From an uncultured Thermus sp. (GTDB lineage Bacteria; Deinococcota; Deinococci; Deinococcales; Thermaceae), in contig CAMTVD010000008.1 in NCBI GenBank assembly GCA_947085095.1, positions 1 through 61,712 of the forward strand: a stretch of 61,712 bases of DNA, in the 5' to 3' direction. Below are positions 19,791 through 29,976 of this stretch, piece after piece (the stretch's first letter is position 1; every line of letters starts with the position of its first letter). The notes below the pieces were generated by a model that made no database searches, was not told where the DNA came from, and worked only from the letters and a program-made list of their open reading frames with translations. Made by a program: the position numbers and the translations under genes.

Positions 19791-20621
19791 ATGCGCGTGG
19801 GGGTCATAGAAGGCTTCCTTTCCCGGCGGTACCTGGGCTTCTGGGAGGCCTACCTCAAGGCCCTGGGGGTGGAGGTGGTCCGGGCGGGCGCCCCTCCGGA
19901 TCTCCGCCAGCCCTACTGCCTCCCGGTCCAGGCCCTCTTGGCCCAGGTGGAGGCCCTGAAGGCCAAGGGGGTGGACTACCTCCTCCTCCCCGACCTCCAG
20001 GGCGGGGTGGATTCCGAGCGGGGCGGGGGGCAGTGCCCCTGGCTTTTGGACCTGGAGGCCGCCCTCCTCCGCTACTACCCGGGGCTTCCCCCAGTCTTGA
20101 AGGTGCCCGCCGAGCTCTCCGAGAGGGTCCTGGGCCGGGCGGGGGAGGTGGGGCAGATCCTCACGCAAAACCCCATGCGGGTGGGGCGGGCCCTGGACCA
20201 GGCCAAAGGCCTCCTCAAGCCCCCGCCCCCCTTCAAGACCCCAGGGGGAAGCGTGGGGGTGGTGGCCCAGCCCTATCTGCTGGAGACGGAGGATTTTCGC
20301 GAGGGGGTGCGGGAGGCCCTGGCCCAGGTGGATCTCCTCCCCTACTTTCCCGACCTGCCCCCGGAGCGGCTGCGGGAGGAGGGGGAGAGGCTTCTTTCCA
20401 TGGACCTTCCCACGGACCGGGAGCTTCTGGGCATGGTCCACTACCTCCACCGCCTGGGCCGGGTGAAGGGGCTTATCCTGGTGGTCTCCTACGCCTGCCC
20501 CCCCATCCCCGGTGTCCTGCGGCGGGCGGCGAAAAGGCTCTCTAAACCCCACCGCCTCCTCACCCTGGGGGAGGACTGGAGGGAGGAGCTCCTCGCCTTG
20601 AAGGGGGAGATGGGGGTCTAG
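19791..20621 (+). CDS. Acyl-CoA dehydratase activase-related (DUF2229-like) protein
   Basis: FW..YL..LG.EVV, CLPV, DYLLLP, CP motifs. ATG 19791. Confidence 0.6.
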   Translation: MRVGVIEGFLSRRYLGFWEAYLKALGVEVVRAGAPPDLRQPYCLPVQALLAQVEALKAKGVDYLLLPDLQGGVDSERGGGQCPWLLDLEAALLRYYPGLPPVLKVPAELSERVLGRAGEVGQILTQNPMRVGRALDQAKGLLKPPPPFKTPGGSVGVVAQPYLLETEDFREGVREALAQVDLLPYFPDLPPERLREEGERLLSMDLPTDRELLGMVHYLHRLGRVKGLILVVSYACPPIPGVLRRAAKRLSKPHRLLTLGEDWREELLALKGEMGV

Positions 20622-20660
20622 CCCCTAGAAAGCGGGTGGGGCGGGGGTAAACTGGAAGCC

Positions 20661-22400
20661 ATGACCGAGCGGTCAGTCCTCTTGGCCCGCCTCCTTCCCT
20701 ACCTGACCCCCTACCGGTGGCGGTACCTTCTTGGGGTAGGAGCGGGCCTCCTTTCCATCTTCTTCTTCCTCTTGGGTCCCTACTTCCTGCGGCTGGTGGT
20801 GGATGCCGTGGGGGAGGGAAGGCCCTACGGACGCTACGTGCTCTTCCTCCTCCTCTCCGCCGCCGCCTCGGCCCTCCTCTCCTACGCCATGCGGCGGCTC
20901 GCCGTGGTGGCCAGCCGCCAGGTGGAGTACGACCTGCGGAAGGACCTCTTCCACCACCTCCTCCGCCTGGACCGGGGCTTTTACGGGAGGACCCGGGTGG
21001 GGGACCTGATGAACCGCCTGAACACCGACCTCTCGGCGGTGCGGGAGATGGTGGGCCCGGGGATCATGATGGGAAGCCGCCTTTCCTTTATGGTCCTTCT
21101 GGCCTTCTTCTCCATGTATGCGGTGAACGCCCGCCTGGCCTTCTACCTCACCCTGATCCTGCCCGCCATCGCCCTTTTCGTCTTCTACCTGCTCAGGCTC
21201 ATAGACCGCCGCTACCGGGAGGCCCAGGAGGCCTTTGACCGCATCAGCACCCTGGCCCAGGAGGCCTTCAGCGGCCTCCGGGTGGTCAAGGGGTACGCCC
21301 TCGAGGGCCGGATGCTCGCCCGCTTCCAGGACCTGAACCGGGTTTACGTGGAGAGGAGCCTGGCCCTGGCCCGGGTGGAGGGGCCCATGCAGGCCCTTTT
21401 GGGCTTCCTCATGGGCTTCGCCTTCCTCACCGTCCTTTGGGTGGGGGGCGGGATGGTGGTGCGGGGGGAGCTCACCGTGGGCCAGCTGGTCCAGTTCAAC
21501 GCCTACCTGGCCCAGCTCACCTGGCCCATTCTGGGCCTGGGCTGGGTCATGGCCATGTACCAGCGGGGCCTCACCAGCCTGAGGCGCCTGCTTGAGCTTC
21601 TGGACGAGGAGCCCAGGATCAAGGACGAGGCCCCCCTGCCCCTTTCGCTCAAGGACCTCTCCGGGGAGGTGCGCTTTTCGGGGGTGGGGCTGAAGCTGGG
21701 GGAGCGCTGGCTCCTCAAGGACATCACCCTGACCGTCCCCGAGGGGATGACCCTGGGGATCACCGGGCGCACTGGAGCGGGGAAGAGCCTTCTAGCGGCC
21801 TTGGTTCCCAGGCTTCTGGACCCCACGGAGGGGGAGGTCTTCGTGGGGGGATACCCCGTGAAGCGGATCCCCCTCAAGGTCCTCCGCCAGGCCGTGGGTG
21901 TGGCCCCCCAGGAGCCTTTCCTGTTCAGCGAAACTCTTTTGGAAAACATCGCCTTTGGCCTGGAGAAGCCGGATAGGGAGAAGGTGGAGTGGGCGGCGAG
22001 GCTTGCCGGGATCCACGAGGAGATCCTGGCCTTCCCCAAGGGCTACGAGACGGTTCTTGGCGAAAGGGGGATCACGCTTTCCGGGGGGCAGCGGCAGCGG
22101 GTGGCCCTGGCCCGGGCCCTGGCCAAGGAGCCCAGGATCCTGATCCTGGACGATGCCCTAAGCGCCGTGGACACCGAGACCGAGGCCAGGATCCTCCAGG
22201 GCCTGAAGACCGTTTTGGGCCGCCAGACCACCTTCCTCATCTCCCACCGCACGGCCACCCTGCGCCACGCCGACTGGATCATCGTCCTGGACGGGGGAAG
22301 GATCGTGGAGGAGGGGACCCACGAGAGCCTCCTCGAGGCCGGGGGCCTCTATGCGGAGCTGGACCGCATCCAGCGCATGGAAAAGGAGGTGGAGGAGTGA
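20661..22400 (+). CDS. tmrB: Heterodimeric ABC exporter subunit TmrB
   Basis: TMD plus NBD, GRTGAGKS, LSGGQ, Walker B ILDD lacking the catalytic Glu. Confidence 0.88.
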   Translation: MTERSVLLARLLPYLTPYRWRYLLGVGAGLLSIFFFLLGPYFLRLVVDAVGEGRPYGRYVLFLLLSAAASALLSYAMRRLAVVASRQVEYDLRKDLFHHLLRLDRGFYGRTRVGDLMNRLNTDLSAVREMVGPGIMMGSRLSFMVLLAFFSMYAVNARLAFYLTLILPAIALFVFYLLRLIDRRYREAQEAFDRISTLAQEAFSGLRVVKGYALEGRMLARFQDLNRVYVERSLALARVEGPMQALLGFLMGFAFLTVLWVGGGMVVRGELTVGQLVQFNAYLAQLTWPILGLGWVMAMYQRGLTSLRRLLELLDEEPRIKDEAPLPLSLKDLSGEVRFSGVGLKLGERWLLKDITLTVPEGMTLGITGRTGAGKSLLAALVPRLLDPTEGEVFVGGYPVKRIPLKVLRQAVGVAPQEPFLFSETLLENIAFGLEKPDREKVEWAARLAGIHEEILAFPKGYETVLGERGITLSGGQRQRVALARALAKEPRILILDDALSAVDTETEARILQGLKTVLGRQTTFLISHRTATLRHADWIIVLDGGRIVEEGTHESLLEAGGLYAELDRIQRMEKEVEE

Positions 22401-24199
22401 ACGGGGAGGACGCCTACAGCAAGGCCTTTGACCGGGTCCTCTTCGCCCGGATTCTGGCCTACGTGAAGCCCTACCGCCGCCAGGTGGCCCTGGCCCTCTT
22501 CTTCCTTCTCCTCACCACCCTCACGGCCGCCATGACCCCCCTCTTCTTCAAGTGGGCCATTGACGGGGCCCTGGTGCCCACGGAGGAGAAGCCCCTCGCT
22601 GAGCGCTTCGCCCTCCTCCTCTGGGTGAGCCTGGGCTTCCTCCTGGTGCGGGGGGTGAACTTCGCCGCCACCTACGGGGAGACCTACCTCATCCAGTGGG
22701 TGGGGCAGAGGGTCCTCTTTGACCTGCGAAGCGCCCTCTTCGCCAAGTTCATGCGCCTCCACCCGGGCTTCTACGATAAAAACCCCGTGGGCCGCCTCAT
22801 GACCCGGATCACCTCCGACGTGGACGCCATCAACCAGTTCATCACCGGGGGGCTGGTGGGGGTCATCGCCGACCTCTTCACCATCCTGGGCCTCCTCGCC
22901 TTCATGTTCGTCCTAAGCCCCAAGCTCACCCTGGTGGTCCTCCTGGTGGTCCCCGTTCTCCTCTGGGTCACCGCCTGGGTGCGAAACGGCATGCGCACCG
23001 CCTACCGGGAGATGCGCCTGAGGCTGGCCCGGGTGAACGCTGCCCTGCAGGAGAACCTCTCCGGGGTGGAGACCATCCAGCTCTTCGTCAAGGAGGGGGA
23101 GCGGGAGGAGAAGTTTGACCGCCTGAGCCGGGACCTCCTCAAGGCCTGGGTGGAGATCGTGCGCTGGTTCGCCCTTTTCTTCCCGGTGGTGGGCTTTTTG
23201 GGGGATTTTGCCGTGGCCAGCCTCCTCTTCTACGGCGGGGGGGAGGTGGTGCGGGGGGCGGTGACCCTGGGGCTTCTCGTGGCCTTTGTGGACTATACCC
23301 GCCAGCTCTTCCAGCCCCTGCAGGACCTCTCGGACAAGTTCAACCTCTTCCAGGGGGCCATGGCCAGCGCTGAGCGTATCTTCGGGGTTTTGGACACGGA
23401 GGAGGAGCTAAAAGACCCGGAGAAGCCCAAGCCCATCGCCCGCTTCCGGGGGGAGGTGGAGTTTAGGGATGTATGGCTGGCCTACACCCCCAAGGGGGTG
23501 GAGCCCAAGGAAGGGGAGTGGGTGCTCAAGGGAGTCTCCTTCCGCATCCGCCCCGGGGAGAAGGTGGCCTTGGTGGGGGCCACGGGGGCGGGGAAGACCA
23601 GCGTGGTGAGCCTGGTCGCCCGCTTCTACGATCCGCAAAGGGGCCAGGTCCTCATAGACGGGGAGGACGTGAGGAACTACCGCCAGGAGGAGTTGAGGCG
23701 GCATGTCGGCATCGTCCTCCAGGATCCCTTCCTCTTCTCCGGCACGGTCTTGGACAACCTCCGCTTTTTTGATGCCTCCATCCCCGAGGAGAAGGTGGTG
23801 GAGGTGGCCCAGTTCCTGGGGGTGCACGAGGCCATCCTCCGTCTGCCCCAGGGCTACCACACCCCCCTGGGGGAGCGGGGGGCGGGGCTTTCCACGGGGG
23901 AGAAACAGCTTCTGGCCCTGGTGCGGGCCCTGCTCTCTAGTCCCGATATCCTCCTCATCCTGGACGAGGCCACGGCCAACGTGGACTCGGAGACGGAGAA
24001 GCGGCTTCAGGAGGCCCTCTACAAGGCCATGGAGGGGAGGACCTCCATCCTCATCGCCCACCGCCTTTCCACCATCCGCCGGGTGGACCGCATCCTGGTC
24101 TTCCGCAAGGGGAGGCTTTTGGAGGAGGGGACCCACGAGGCCCTCCTGGAGAAGGGGGGGTATTACGCCACCCTGTACCGGCTGCAGTACGCGGACTAG
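22397..24199 (+). CDS. tmrA: Heterodimeric ABC exporter subunit TmrA
   Basis: GTG overlapping the tmrB stop, GATGAGKT, degenerate LSTGE, canonical ILDE. Confidence 0.88.
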   Translation: MNGEDAYSKAFDRVLFARILAYVKPYRRQVALALFFLLLTTLTAAMTPLFFKWAIDGALVPTEEKPLAERFALLLWVSLGFLLVRGVNFAATYGETYLIQWVGQRVLFDLRSALFAKFMRLHPGFYDKNPVGRLMTRITSDVDAINQFITGGLVGVIADLFTILGLLAFMFVLSPKLTLVVLLVVPVLLWVTAWVRNGMRTAYREMRLRLARVNAALQENLSGVETIQLFVKEGEREEKFDRLSRDLLKAWVEIVRWFALFFPVVGFLGDFAVASLLFYGGGEVVRGAVTLGLLVAFVDYTRQLFQPLQDLSDKFNLFQGAMASAERIFGVLDTEEELKDPEKPKPIARFRGEVEFRDVWLAYTPKGVEPKEGEWVLKGVSFRIRPGEKVALVGATGAGKTSVVSLVARFYDPQRGQVLIDGEDVRNYRQEELRRHVGIVLQDPFLFSGTVLDNLRFFDASIPEEKVVEVAQFLGVHEAILRLPQGYHTPLGERGAGLSTGEKQLLALVRALLSSPDILLILDEATANVDSETEKRLQEALYKAMEGRTSILIAHRLSTIRRVDRILVFRKGRLLEEGTHEALLEKGGYYATLYRLQYAD

Positions 24200-24202
24200 G
24201 CC

Positions 24203-25387
24203 ATGACCTACAAAGAGGCTCTGGACTGGCTTTACGGGAGGAGGCGGCAAGGCCCGAGGGGCACGGAGCGGGCGCGGGCCCTCCTCGCCCGTCTGGGGAA
24301 CCCCGAGGAGGCTTTCCCCGCCGTCCACGTCCTGGGCACCAAGGGCAAGGGGAGCGTGGTGGCCTACCTCGAGGCCGCCTTCGCCGCCCGGGGCCTCGCC
24401 TATGGGGCCTATACCAGCCCCCACCTCCTGGACTTCCGGGAGAGGATCCGCACCCATCTGGGCCTCATCCCCCAGGAAAGGGTGGTGGACTTCGTCCTTT
24501 GGGCCCAGGGAGAGGCCTTTCCCGAGCCCCCGGGCTTTTTTGACCTGGCCACCGCCTTGGCCTTCCAGCACTTTAAGGAGGTGGGGGTGGCCCTGGCGGC
24601 GGTGGAGGCGGGGGTGGGGGGGGAGAAGGACGCCACCAACGCCCTCCCCCGGGTGGTCCTCACCGTGATCACCAACGTGGGGGAGGACCACCTCGAGGCC
24701 CTGGGGGGCACCCTGGAGGCCGTGGCCCGGGACAAGGCGGGGGCCATCCGCGAGGGGGTGCCCGTGGTCACCGGGGCGGAGGGGGTGGGGCTAAGGGTCA
24801 TCCGGGAGGTGGCCCGGGCCCGGGGGGCCCCCCTCTACCTCCTGGACCCCGAGGATCCCCTCTTCGCCCTCCCCACCCCCCCTGGCCTAAAAGGGGCCTT
24901 CCAGGAGAGGAACGCCCGGCTGGCGGCGGCCGCCCTCCGCCTCCTGGCCTTTCCCGAGGAGGCCATCGCCGAGGGCCTGAGGACCGCCCGCCACCCAGGG
25001 CGGATGGAGCGGTTCTCCCTCTTTGGGGTGGAGGTCTTTTTGGATGGGGCCCATAACCCCATGGCAGCGGAAGCCCTGGCCCGGGAGTTTTCCGGCTACC
25101 ACCTGCTCTTTGGCGCATTTCCCCGAAAGGACGTGGGTGGGATGCTAACCCACCTTCTCCCCAAGGCGAAAAGCGTGCGCTACACCCTGGCGGGGGAGGG
25201 GGCCATGGGGAGGGAGCTGGGGGAGCCCTTCTTCCCCGACCCTTGGGAAGCCCTCCTCCACGCGGTGGAAAGGGCCAGGGAGGACGGGCTTCCCGTGCTG
25301 GTCACGGGCTCCCTCTACCTGGTGGGGGCCCTTCTGGGGAGGCTCATTCCCGGGCCTCGGCCAGGGTCCTCCCACCAGGGTCGGTGA
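24203..25387 (+). CDS. folC: Folylpolyglutamate/dihydrofolate synthase
   Basis: GTKGKGS, YTSPHL..FRERI, EAGVGG..DATN, DGAHN, GSLYLVG. Confidence 0.93.
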   Translation: MTYKEALDWLYGRRRQGPRGTERARALLARLGNPEEAFPAVHVLGTKGKGSVVAYLEAAFAARGLAYGAYTSPHLLDFRERIRTHLGLIPQERVVDFVLWAQGEAFPEPPGFFDLATALAFQHFKEVGVALAAVEAGVGGEKDATNALPRVVLTVITNVGEDHLEALGGTLEAVARDKAGAIREGVPVVTGAEGVGLRVIREVARARGAPLYLLDPEDPLFALPTPPGLKGAFQERNARLAAAALRLLAFPEEAIAEGLRTARHPGRMERFSLFGVEVFLDGAHNPMAAEALAREFSGYHLLFGAFPRKDVGGMLTHLLPKAKSVRYTLAGEGAMGRELGEPFFPDPWEALLHAVERAREDGLPVLVTGSLYLVGALLGRLIPGPRPGSSHQGR

Positions 25388-26387
25388 AGACCACCCGGCG
25401 CACCCTTTCCAGCTCCAGGAGGACGTAGGGGCTGGTGAGGGCCTGGGTGACGATGGCCCCGGGCCTGGGGGAGATGAGGTTTAGGACCACCCGGGCCGTG
25501 TCCCCCACGTAGGTCACCCCCAGCACCTCAATCCCGTACCCCCCTGTGGGCTTCAGGCCCCAGAAGAAGGCGGCCACGCTCCGGGTGCGGAAGTCCACGG
25601 CAGGGGCGGGGGGACGGGGGAGACGGTTCGCCACCACCAGGTTCCAGACCTCGGTGAAGCGGGTGGGGGTGTTGGCGAGAAAAGCCCGGGCCTCGGTCTC
25701 CTGATAAGCGGCGTTTACCCCTTGGTCCAGGATGCGGAAGGGGGGGGTAGGGGGGGTCACGATCTCCAGTCTAAGCCCGTACTGGACCAGAAGGGCCCCC
25801 ACCCGGTAGGAGTCCGGGGCCGGGTCCAGGGAGAGGGGCCTGAGGGCGGGTTCGGAAAGCTCAAAGACCACCACCTGCCGCCCGCCCCTCCGGGCTAGGA
25901 CCTCCCGCAGGAGGACCTGGATCTCGGCCCCGGTGAAGGCGTAGAAGTCGGGGCTTTGGTAGCCAGCGGGCTGGACCAGGGTGCGCTTCTCCCCCTCCTT
26001 TAGGCTTCCCGTGAGGCGGACCCAGCCCGCCCCGTCGTAGAGCCAGCTGGAGCGCAGGGGGGCCTGGGTTCGGACCTCCACCAGGCTCCCGGCGATCCCC
26101 CGCACCGCCTCAGCCTGGGGCCTTAGGGCGGGGCCCACCTCCCGGAGAAGGGGGTTCCCGTCCACCCACAAAGCTCCGGGCACGGCCCAGAGGCTTTCTC
26201 CCCGGGCCTTTTCCAGCCTCAGGGTCTTCCCGCCCAGCCTCACTTCTCTTGGCTCCCCGTAGAAGTAGGTCCAGCGCTCCGTGGCCTCGGGGAAGAGGAG
26301 CTGGGCCTCAGCTACCCGGTAGCCCGTGCCCTCGAGGATCTCGCAGGCGGCGAGGAGGGGCAGAAGGAGAAGGAAGGCTTTCCTCAT
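25344..26387 (-). CDS. Lipoprotein with PrcB-like C-terminal domain
   Basis: Lipobox LAAC, G.KPTGGY.I and TQALTSPY. Confidence 0.8.
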   Translation of the reverse strand: MRKAFLLLLPLLAACEILEGTGYRVAEAQLLFPEATERWTYFYGEPREVRLGGKTLRLEKARGESLWAVPGALWVDGNPLLREVGPALRPQAEAVRGIAGSLVEVRTQAPLRSSWLYDGAGWVRLTGSLKEGEKRTLVQPAGYQSPDFYAFTGAEIQVLLREVLARRGGRQVVVFELSEPALRPLSLDPAPDSYRVGALLVQYGLRLEIVTPPTPPFRILDQGVNAAYQETEARAFLANTPTRFTEVWNLVVANRLPRPPAPAVDFRTRSVAAFFWGLKPTGGYGIEVLGVTYVGDTARVVLNLISPRPGAIVTQALTSPYVLLELERVRRVVFTDPGGRTLAEARE

Positions 26388-26427
26388 GGTTCCATGATAC
26401 CCCCTGCCCCGGGACCCGCCCTTTAGC

Positions 26428-27447
26428 CTATCTTGAGCGGGGGTCTAGGGCGTCCCTTAGGGCATCGCCCAGGAGGTTGAAGGCCAGGACCAGACCCACG
26501 ATGGCTAGGCCAGGGAAGGTGGCCACGTGGGGGGCCACCGCCAGGTACTCCCGCCCCCGGGCCAGCATCAGCCCCCATTCCGGCTCCGGGGGCCTGGCCC
26601 CGAGGCCGAGAAAGCCCAGCCCCGCGGCGAAGAGGATGGCGATGGCCATCTGCAGGCTGGTCTGGATGAGGAGGGGAGTGAGGGCGTTGGGGAGGATGTG
26701 CCTGAGGAGGATGCGGGCGTGGGAGGCTCCCAGGGCGCGGGCCGCCTCCACGTAGTCCAGGCTCTTGAGGCTCAGGACCACCCCCCGCACCAGGCGGGCG
26801 TAGATGGGGACGGCGGCGATGCCCACGGCGATCATCCCGTTCAAAAGCCCCGGACCCAGGATGGCCACCAGGACGATGGCCAGGAGGATGCCCGGGAAGG
26901 CCAGGAGGATGTCCACCAGCCTCTGAGCGAGGAGGTCCCACCTCCCCCCCAGGTAGGCGGGGAGGGCTCCCAGGGGGGTGCCCAGGAGGAGGCCAATGCC
27001 CACGGCCACCAGGCCGATGCTAAGGGAGATGGGGATCCCGTAAAGGATGCGGGAGAAGAGGTCCCGTCCCTGCTCGTCCGTGCCCAGGAGGTAGAGGCGG
27101 GCGGGGCCTTCCACCCCGAAGAGGTGAAGCTCCCCCCTGACCCCGAGCCAGGACCAGGCCTCCCCCCGGACGAAAAAGCGCACGGGGTACTTCTCCTCCC
27201 AGCGCACCTGGACCCCCTCGAGGGGGTGGCGGAAGGCGGGGCTCACCCAAAGCCCCCACTCCCCCCCTGGCCCCCTGAGGGAGAGGCCCGCCAAGGGGGG
27301 GATGTAGGTGGAGCGCAGGTCCTGGCTGTAGGGGCTGTAGGGGGCCAGGAAGGGGGCAAAGAGGGCCCCGAGGAGGTAGAGGAAGAGGAGGAGAAGGCCC
27401 GCTTGGGCCAGGCGGTGGCGGATAAGGCGGCGCCAGGGTCTAGTCAT
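26428..27447 (-). CDS. Peptide ABC transporter permease (DppC/OppC type)
   Basis: LGTDEQGRD, EAARALGA, HILPN. Confidence 0.92.
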   Translation of the reverse strand: MTRPWRRLIRHRLAQAGLLLLFLYLLGALFAPFLAPYSPYSQDLRSTYIPPLAGLSLRGPGGEWGLWVSPAFRHPLEGVQVRWEEKYPVRFFVRGEAWSWLGVRGELHLFGVEGPARLYLLGTDEQGRDLFSRILYGIPISLSIGLVAVGIGLLLGTPLGALPAYLGGRWDLLAQRLVDILLAFPGILLAIVLVAILGPGLLNGMIAVGIAAVPIYARLVRGVVLSLKSLDYVEAARALGASHARILLRHILPNALTPLLIQTSLQMAIAILFAAGLGFLGLGARPPEPEWGLMLARGREYLAVAPHVATFPGLAIVGLVLAFNLLGDALRDALDPRSR

Positions 27448-28360
27448 AGCGCACCCGCGGATCAATGGTGGCGTAAAGGAGGTCCACCAGGAGGTTGATG
27501 AGGACAAAAGTGATGGCCACCAGCAGGACAGCCCCCTGGACCACCGGGTAGTCCCGGGCCAGGATGGAGCCCACCAGGAGCTGCCCGAGCCCTGGCCAGG
27601 CGAAGATGGTCTCGGTGATCACCGCCCCCGAGAGGAGGGTGCCGAACTCCAGGCCCGCCACGGTGACCACGGGGATCAGGGCGTTCCTGAGGGCGTGCTT
27701 GAAGATGACCACCCGCTCCGCCAAGCCCTTGGCCCGGGCGGTGCGGATGTAGTCCTGGGAGAGGATCTCCAGGAGGGTGCCCCGGGTCATGCGGGCGAGA
27801 AGGGCGGTGGCGTTGATCCCCAGGGTGATGGCGGGGAGGACCAGGTGGGCCAGGGTGCCCTTGCCCGCCACGGGGAACCAGCCCAGCCCCACGGAGAAGA
27901 TGAGGATGGCCAGAAGGCCAAACCAGAAGACGGGCATGGAGACCCCGAGGAGGGCGAGCACCATCACCGAGAGGTCCAGGCTGCTCCCCGGGCGCAGGGC
28001 GGCCAGGATGCCCAGGGGAATCCCGGTGAGCACGGCCACCAAAATGGCGGCCGAGGCTAGCTCCAGGGTGTTGGGGAAGTAAGTCTTGAGTTCCTCCAGG
28101 ACGGGGCGGCGGCTTCGGGCCGACTCCCCCAGGTCGCCCCGGAGGAGGGCTTCCAGGTAGATGAGGAACTGCTCGGGCAGGCCCCGGTCCAGGCCGTAGC
28201 GGGCCCGGATGGCCTCGAGGGTCTCCGGGGTGGCGAACTCCCCGGCCAGGAGGACGGCGGGGTCCCCCGGGGCCAGGCGCACCATGAGGAAGACCAGGAC
28301 CACCACCCCGAGGAGGGTGGGCAGGGCGATGAGGATTCGCCGGAGGATGTAGGCGGTCAT
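27440..28360 (-). CDS. Peptide ABC transporter permease (DppB/OppB type)
   Basis: APGDPA, GDLG.S, DYIRTARAKG, RDYPVVQG. Confidence 0.94.
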   Translation of the reverse strand: MTAYILRRILIALPTLLGVVVLVFLMVRLAPGDPAVLLAGEFATPETLEAIRARYGLDRGLPEQFLIYLEALLRGDLGESARSRRPVLEELKTYFPNTLELASAAILVAVLTGIPLGILAALRPGSSLDLSVMVLALLGVSMPVFWFGLLAILIFSVGLGWFPVAGKGTLAHLVLPAITLGINATALLARMTRGTLLEILSQDYIRTARAKGLAERVVIFKHALRNALIPVVTVAGLEFGTLLSGAVITETIFAWPGLGQLLVGSILARDYPVVQGAVLLVAITFVLINLLVDLLYATIDPRVRYD

Positions 28361-28367
28361 GGGCAGG

Positions 28368-28405
28368 AAAAGGCCCCGCGGGGCGGTTTCCCGCTGCCCG
28401 CGGGG
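28368..28405 (-). terminator. Terminator-like hairpin between binding-protein and permease genes
   Basis: CCCCGCGGG/CCCGCGGGG stem with a short U tract on the minus strand. Confidence 0.55.
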
Positions 28406-28412
28406 GGTGGGC

Positions 28413-29918
28413 TTAGCGGAGGCTGGCCCGGTAGGCCAGGTAGCGCTCCGTGGGGTGGACGATGAAGCCCTGGACCTCCTGCCTTATGGCCGTGACCTGG
28501 ACTTCGGAGTGGAGGAAGATCCAGGGGGCATCCTGCCAGATCCGGGCCATGGCCTCTTTGTAGAGGGCCTGGCGGCCCTGGGGGAGGGTGGAGATGCGGG
28601 CCTGGGCCAGGAGCTTGTCCACCTCCGGGTTCTTGTAGAAGGCCCGGTTGAAGCCCGGAGCCCACTGGCTGGAGTGGAAGAGGGGGTAGAGGCCGTAGTC
28701 CGCGTCCCCGGTCACCGTGCCCCAGCCCAGCATGGCCATCTGGATGCGGTTCTCCTTCAGGGGGCGCTGGGTTTCCTGGAGGTAGGCCCCCCACTCCATG
28801 GTCTGGATGCTGGCCTCCACGCCCACGCGACGGAGCTGGCCCTGGATGGCCTCGCACACCTGGATGTCCTGGAAGTAGCGGCCCGTGGGGCAGTGGAGCG
28901 TAACCCGCAAGGGGGTGCTCACTCCCGCCTGGCGCAGGAGCTCTTGCGCCCGCTGGGGGTTGTACTCGTAGCGGCCCACGGGGGTGTAGCCGAAGATCCC
29001 GGGGGCGATGGGGGCGTCGGAGATCCTGCCGATGCCGCCCAGGACGAACTGCAGGATGTCCTCCCGGTTCAGCGCGTGGTTCAGGGCCTGGCGCACCCGC
29101 ACGTCGTTGAAGGGGGGGCGCTGGGTGTTGAAGTAGATGTAGATGGTCCTGAGGCTAGGGGTGCGCACCACCTGAACCGCCCGGTTGGCCTGGAGGCGGG
29201 CGATGTCCTGGGGCGGGATGCGCACGGCCACGTGGGCCTGCCCCGTCTCCACCAGGGCCACCCGGGTGGTGCCCTCGGGCACGGGAATGAAGCGCACCTG
29301 GGGGGTGGGGGGCTTCGGGCCCCAGTAGTTCTCGTTGCGCGCCAGGTCCACGAACTGCCCCTTCTGCCAGGCCTGGAAGCGGTAGGGGCCGGTGCCCACG
29401 GGGTTGTCCCGGTACTGGGCCCCGAGGCGCTGGATGGCGGTGGGACTTTGCATGGCGGTGGAGCTGTGGGTCAGGTGGGCCAGTACGGGGGCGAAGGGGT
29501 TCTTGAGGCGCAGGCGCACGGTGTGGCTGTCCACCACCTCCACCCGCTCCAGCTCGGAGAGGAGGAAGGCGAAGGGGCTGGCCAGCTCCCGGCTGACCAG
29601 GCGCTCCAGGTTGAACTTGACCGCCTCGGCGTTGAAGGGGGTGCCGTCGTGGAAGGAGATCCCCCGGCGGAGCCTTATGGTCAGGGTCCGGCCCCCATCG
29701 GCGAAGCTGTGCCCCTCGGCCAGATGGGGGACGATCTTGCCCTCCGGGGTCAGCTCAAAGAGGGTCTCGCTGATGTGGGTGACCACGGTGGCCGAGGGGG
29801 AGTCCGTGGCCAGGGGGGCATCCAGGGTGGTGGGATCGGTGCCCTGGGCCACCACCAGCCGTTGGGCCAGGGCCCAGGGCAGGAGCAGAAGGCCTAAGAT
29901 TGCCAAAAGCCTTGACAT
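28413..29918 (-). CDS. Family 5 ABC substrate-binding protein (DppA/GsiB-like)
   Basis: FHDGTPFNAEAV, PVGTGPY, VRQALNHA. AGGAGG RBS and TTGCCC-17-TATAGT promoter at 29944-29972. Confidence 0.92.
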   Translation of the reverse strand: MSRLLAILGLLLLPWALAQRLVVAQGTDPTTLDAPLATDSPSATVVTHISETLFELTPEGKIVPHLAEGHSFADGGRTLTIRLRRGISFHDGTPFNAEAVKFNLERLVSRELASPFAFLLSELERVEVVDSHTVRLRLKNPFAPVLAHLTHSSTAMQSPTAIQRLGAQYRDNPVGTGPYRFQAWQKGQFVDLARNENYWGPKPPTPQVRFIPVPEGTTRVALVETGQAHVAVRIPPQDIARLQANRAVQVVRTPSLRTIYIYFNTQRPPFNDVRVRQALNHALNREDILQFVLGGIGRISDAPIAPGIFGYTPVGRYEYNPQRAQELLRQAGVSTPLRVTLHCPTGRYFQDIQVCEAIQGQLRRVGVEASIQTMEWGAYLQETQRPLKENRIQMAMLGWGTVTGDADYGLYPLFHSSQWAPGFNRAFYKNPEVDKLLAQARISTLPQGRQALYKEAMARIWQDAPWIFLHSEVQVTAIRQEVQGFIVHPTERYLAYRASLR

Positions 29919-29976
29919 GTTTTCCTCCTTCCTTTCGCCTGCCACTATACCGGTCTTCCCCCGATTGGGCAAGACC

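Noticed and set aside
22140..22160. TmrB Walker B lacking the catalytic Glu as a sign of inactivation
   Set aside because: This is the normal degenerate site of heterodimeric ABC exporters.
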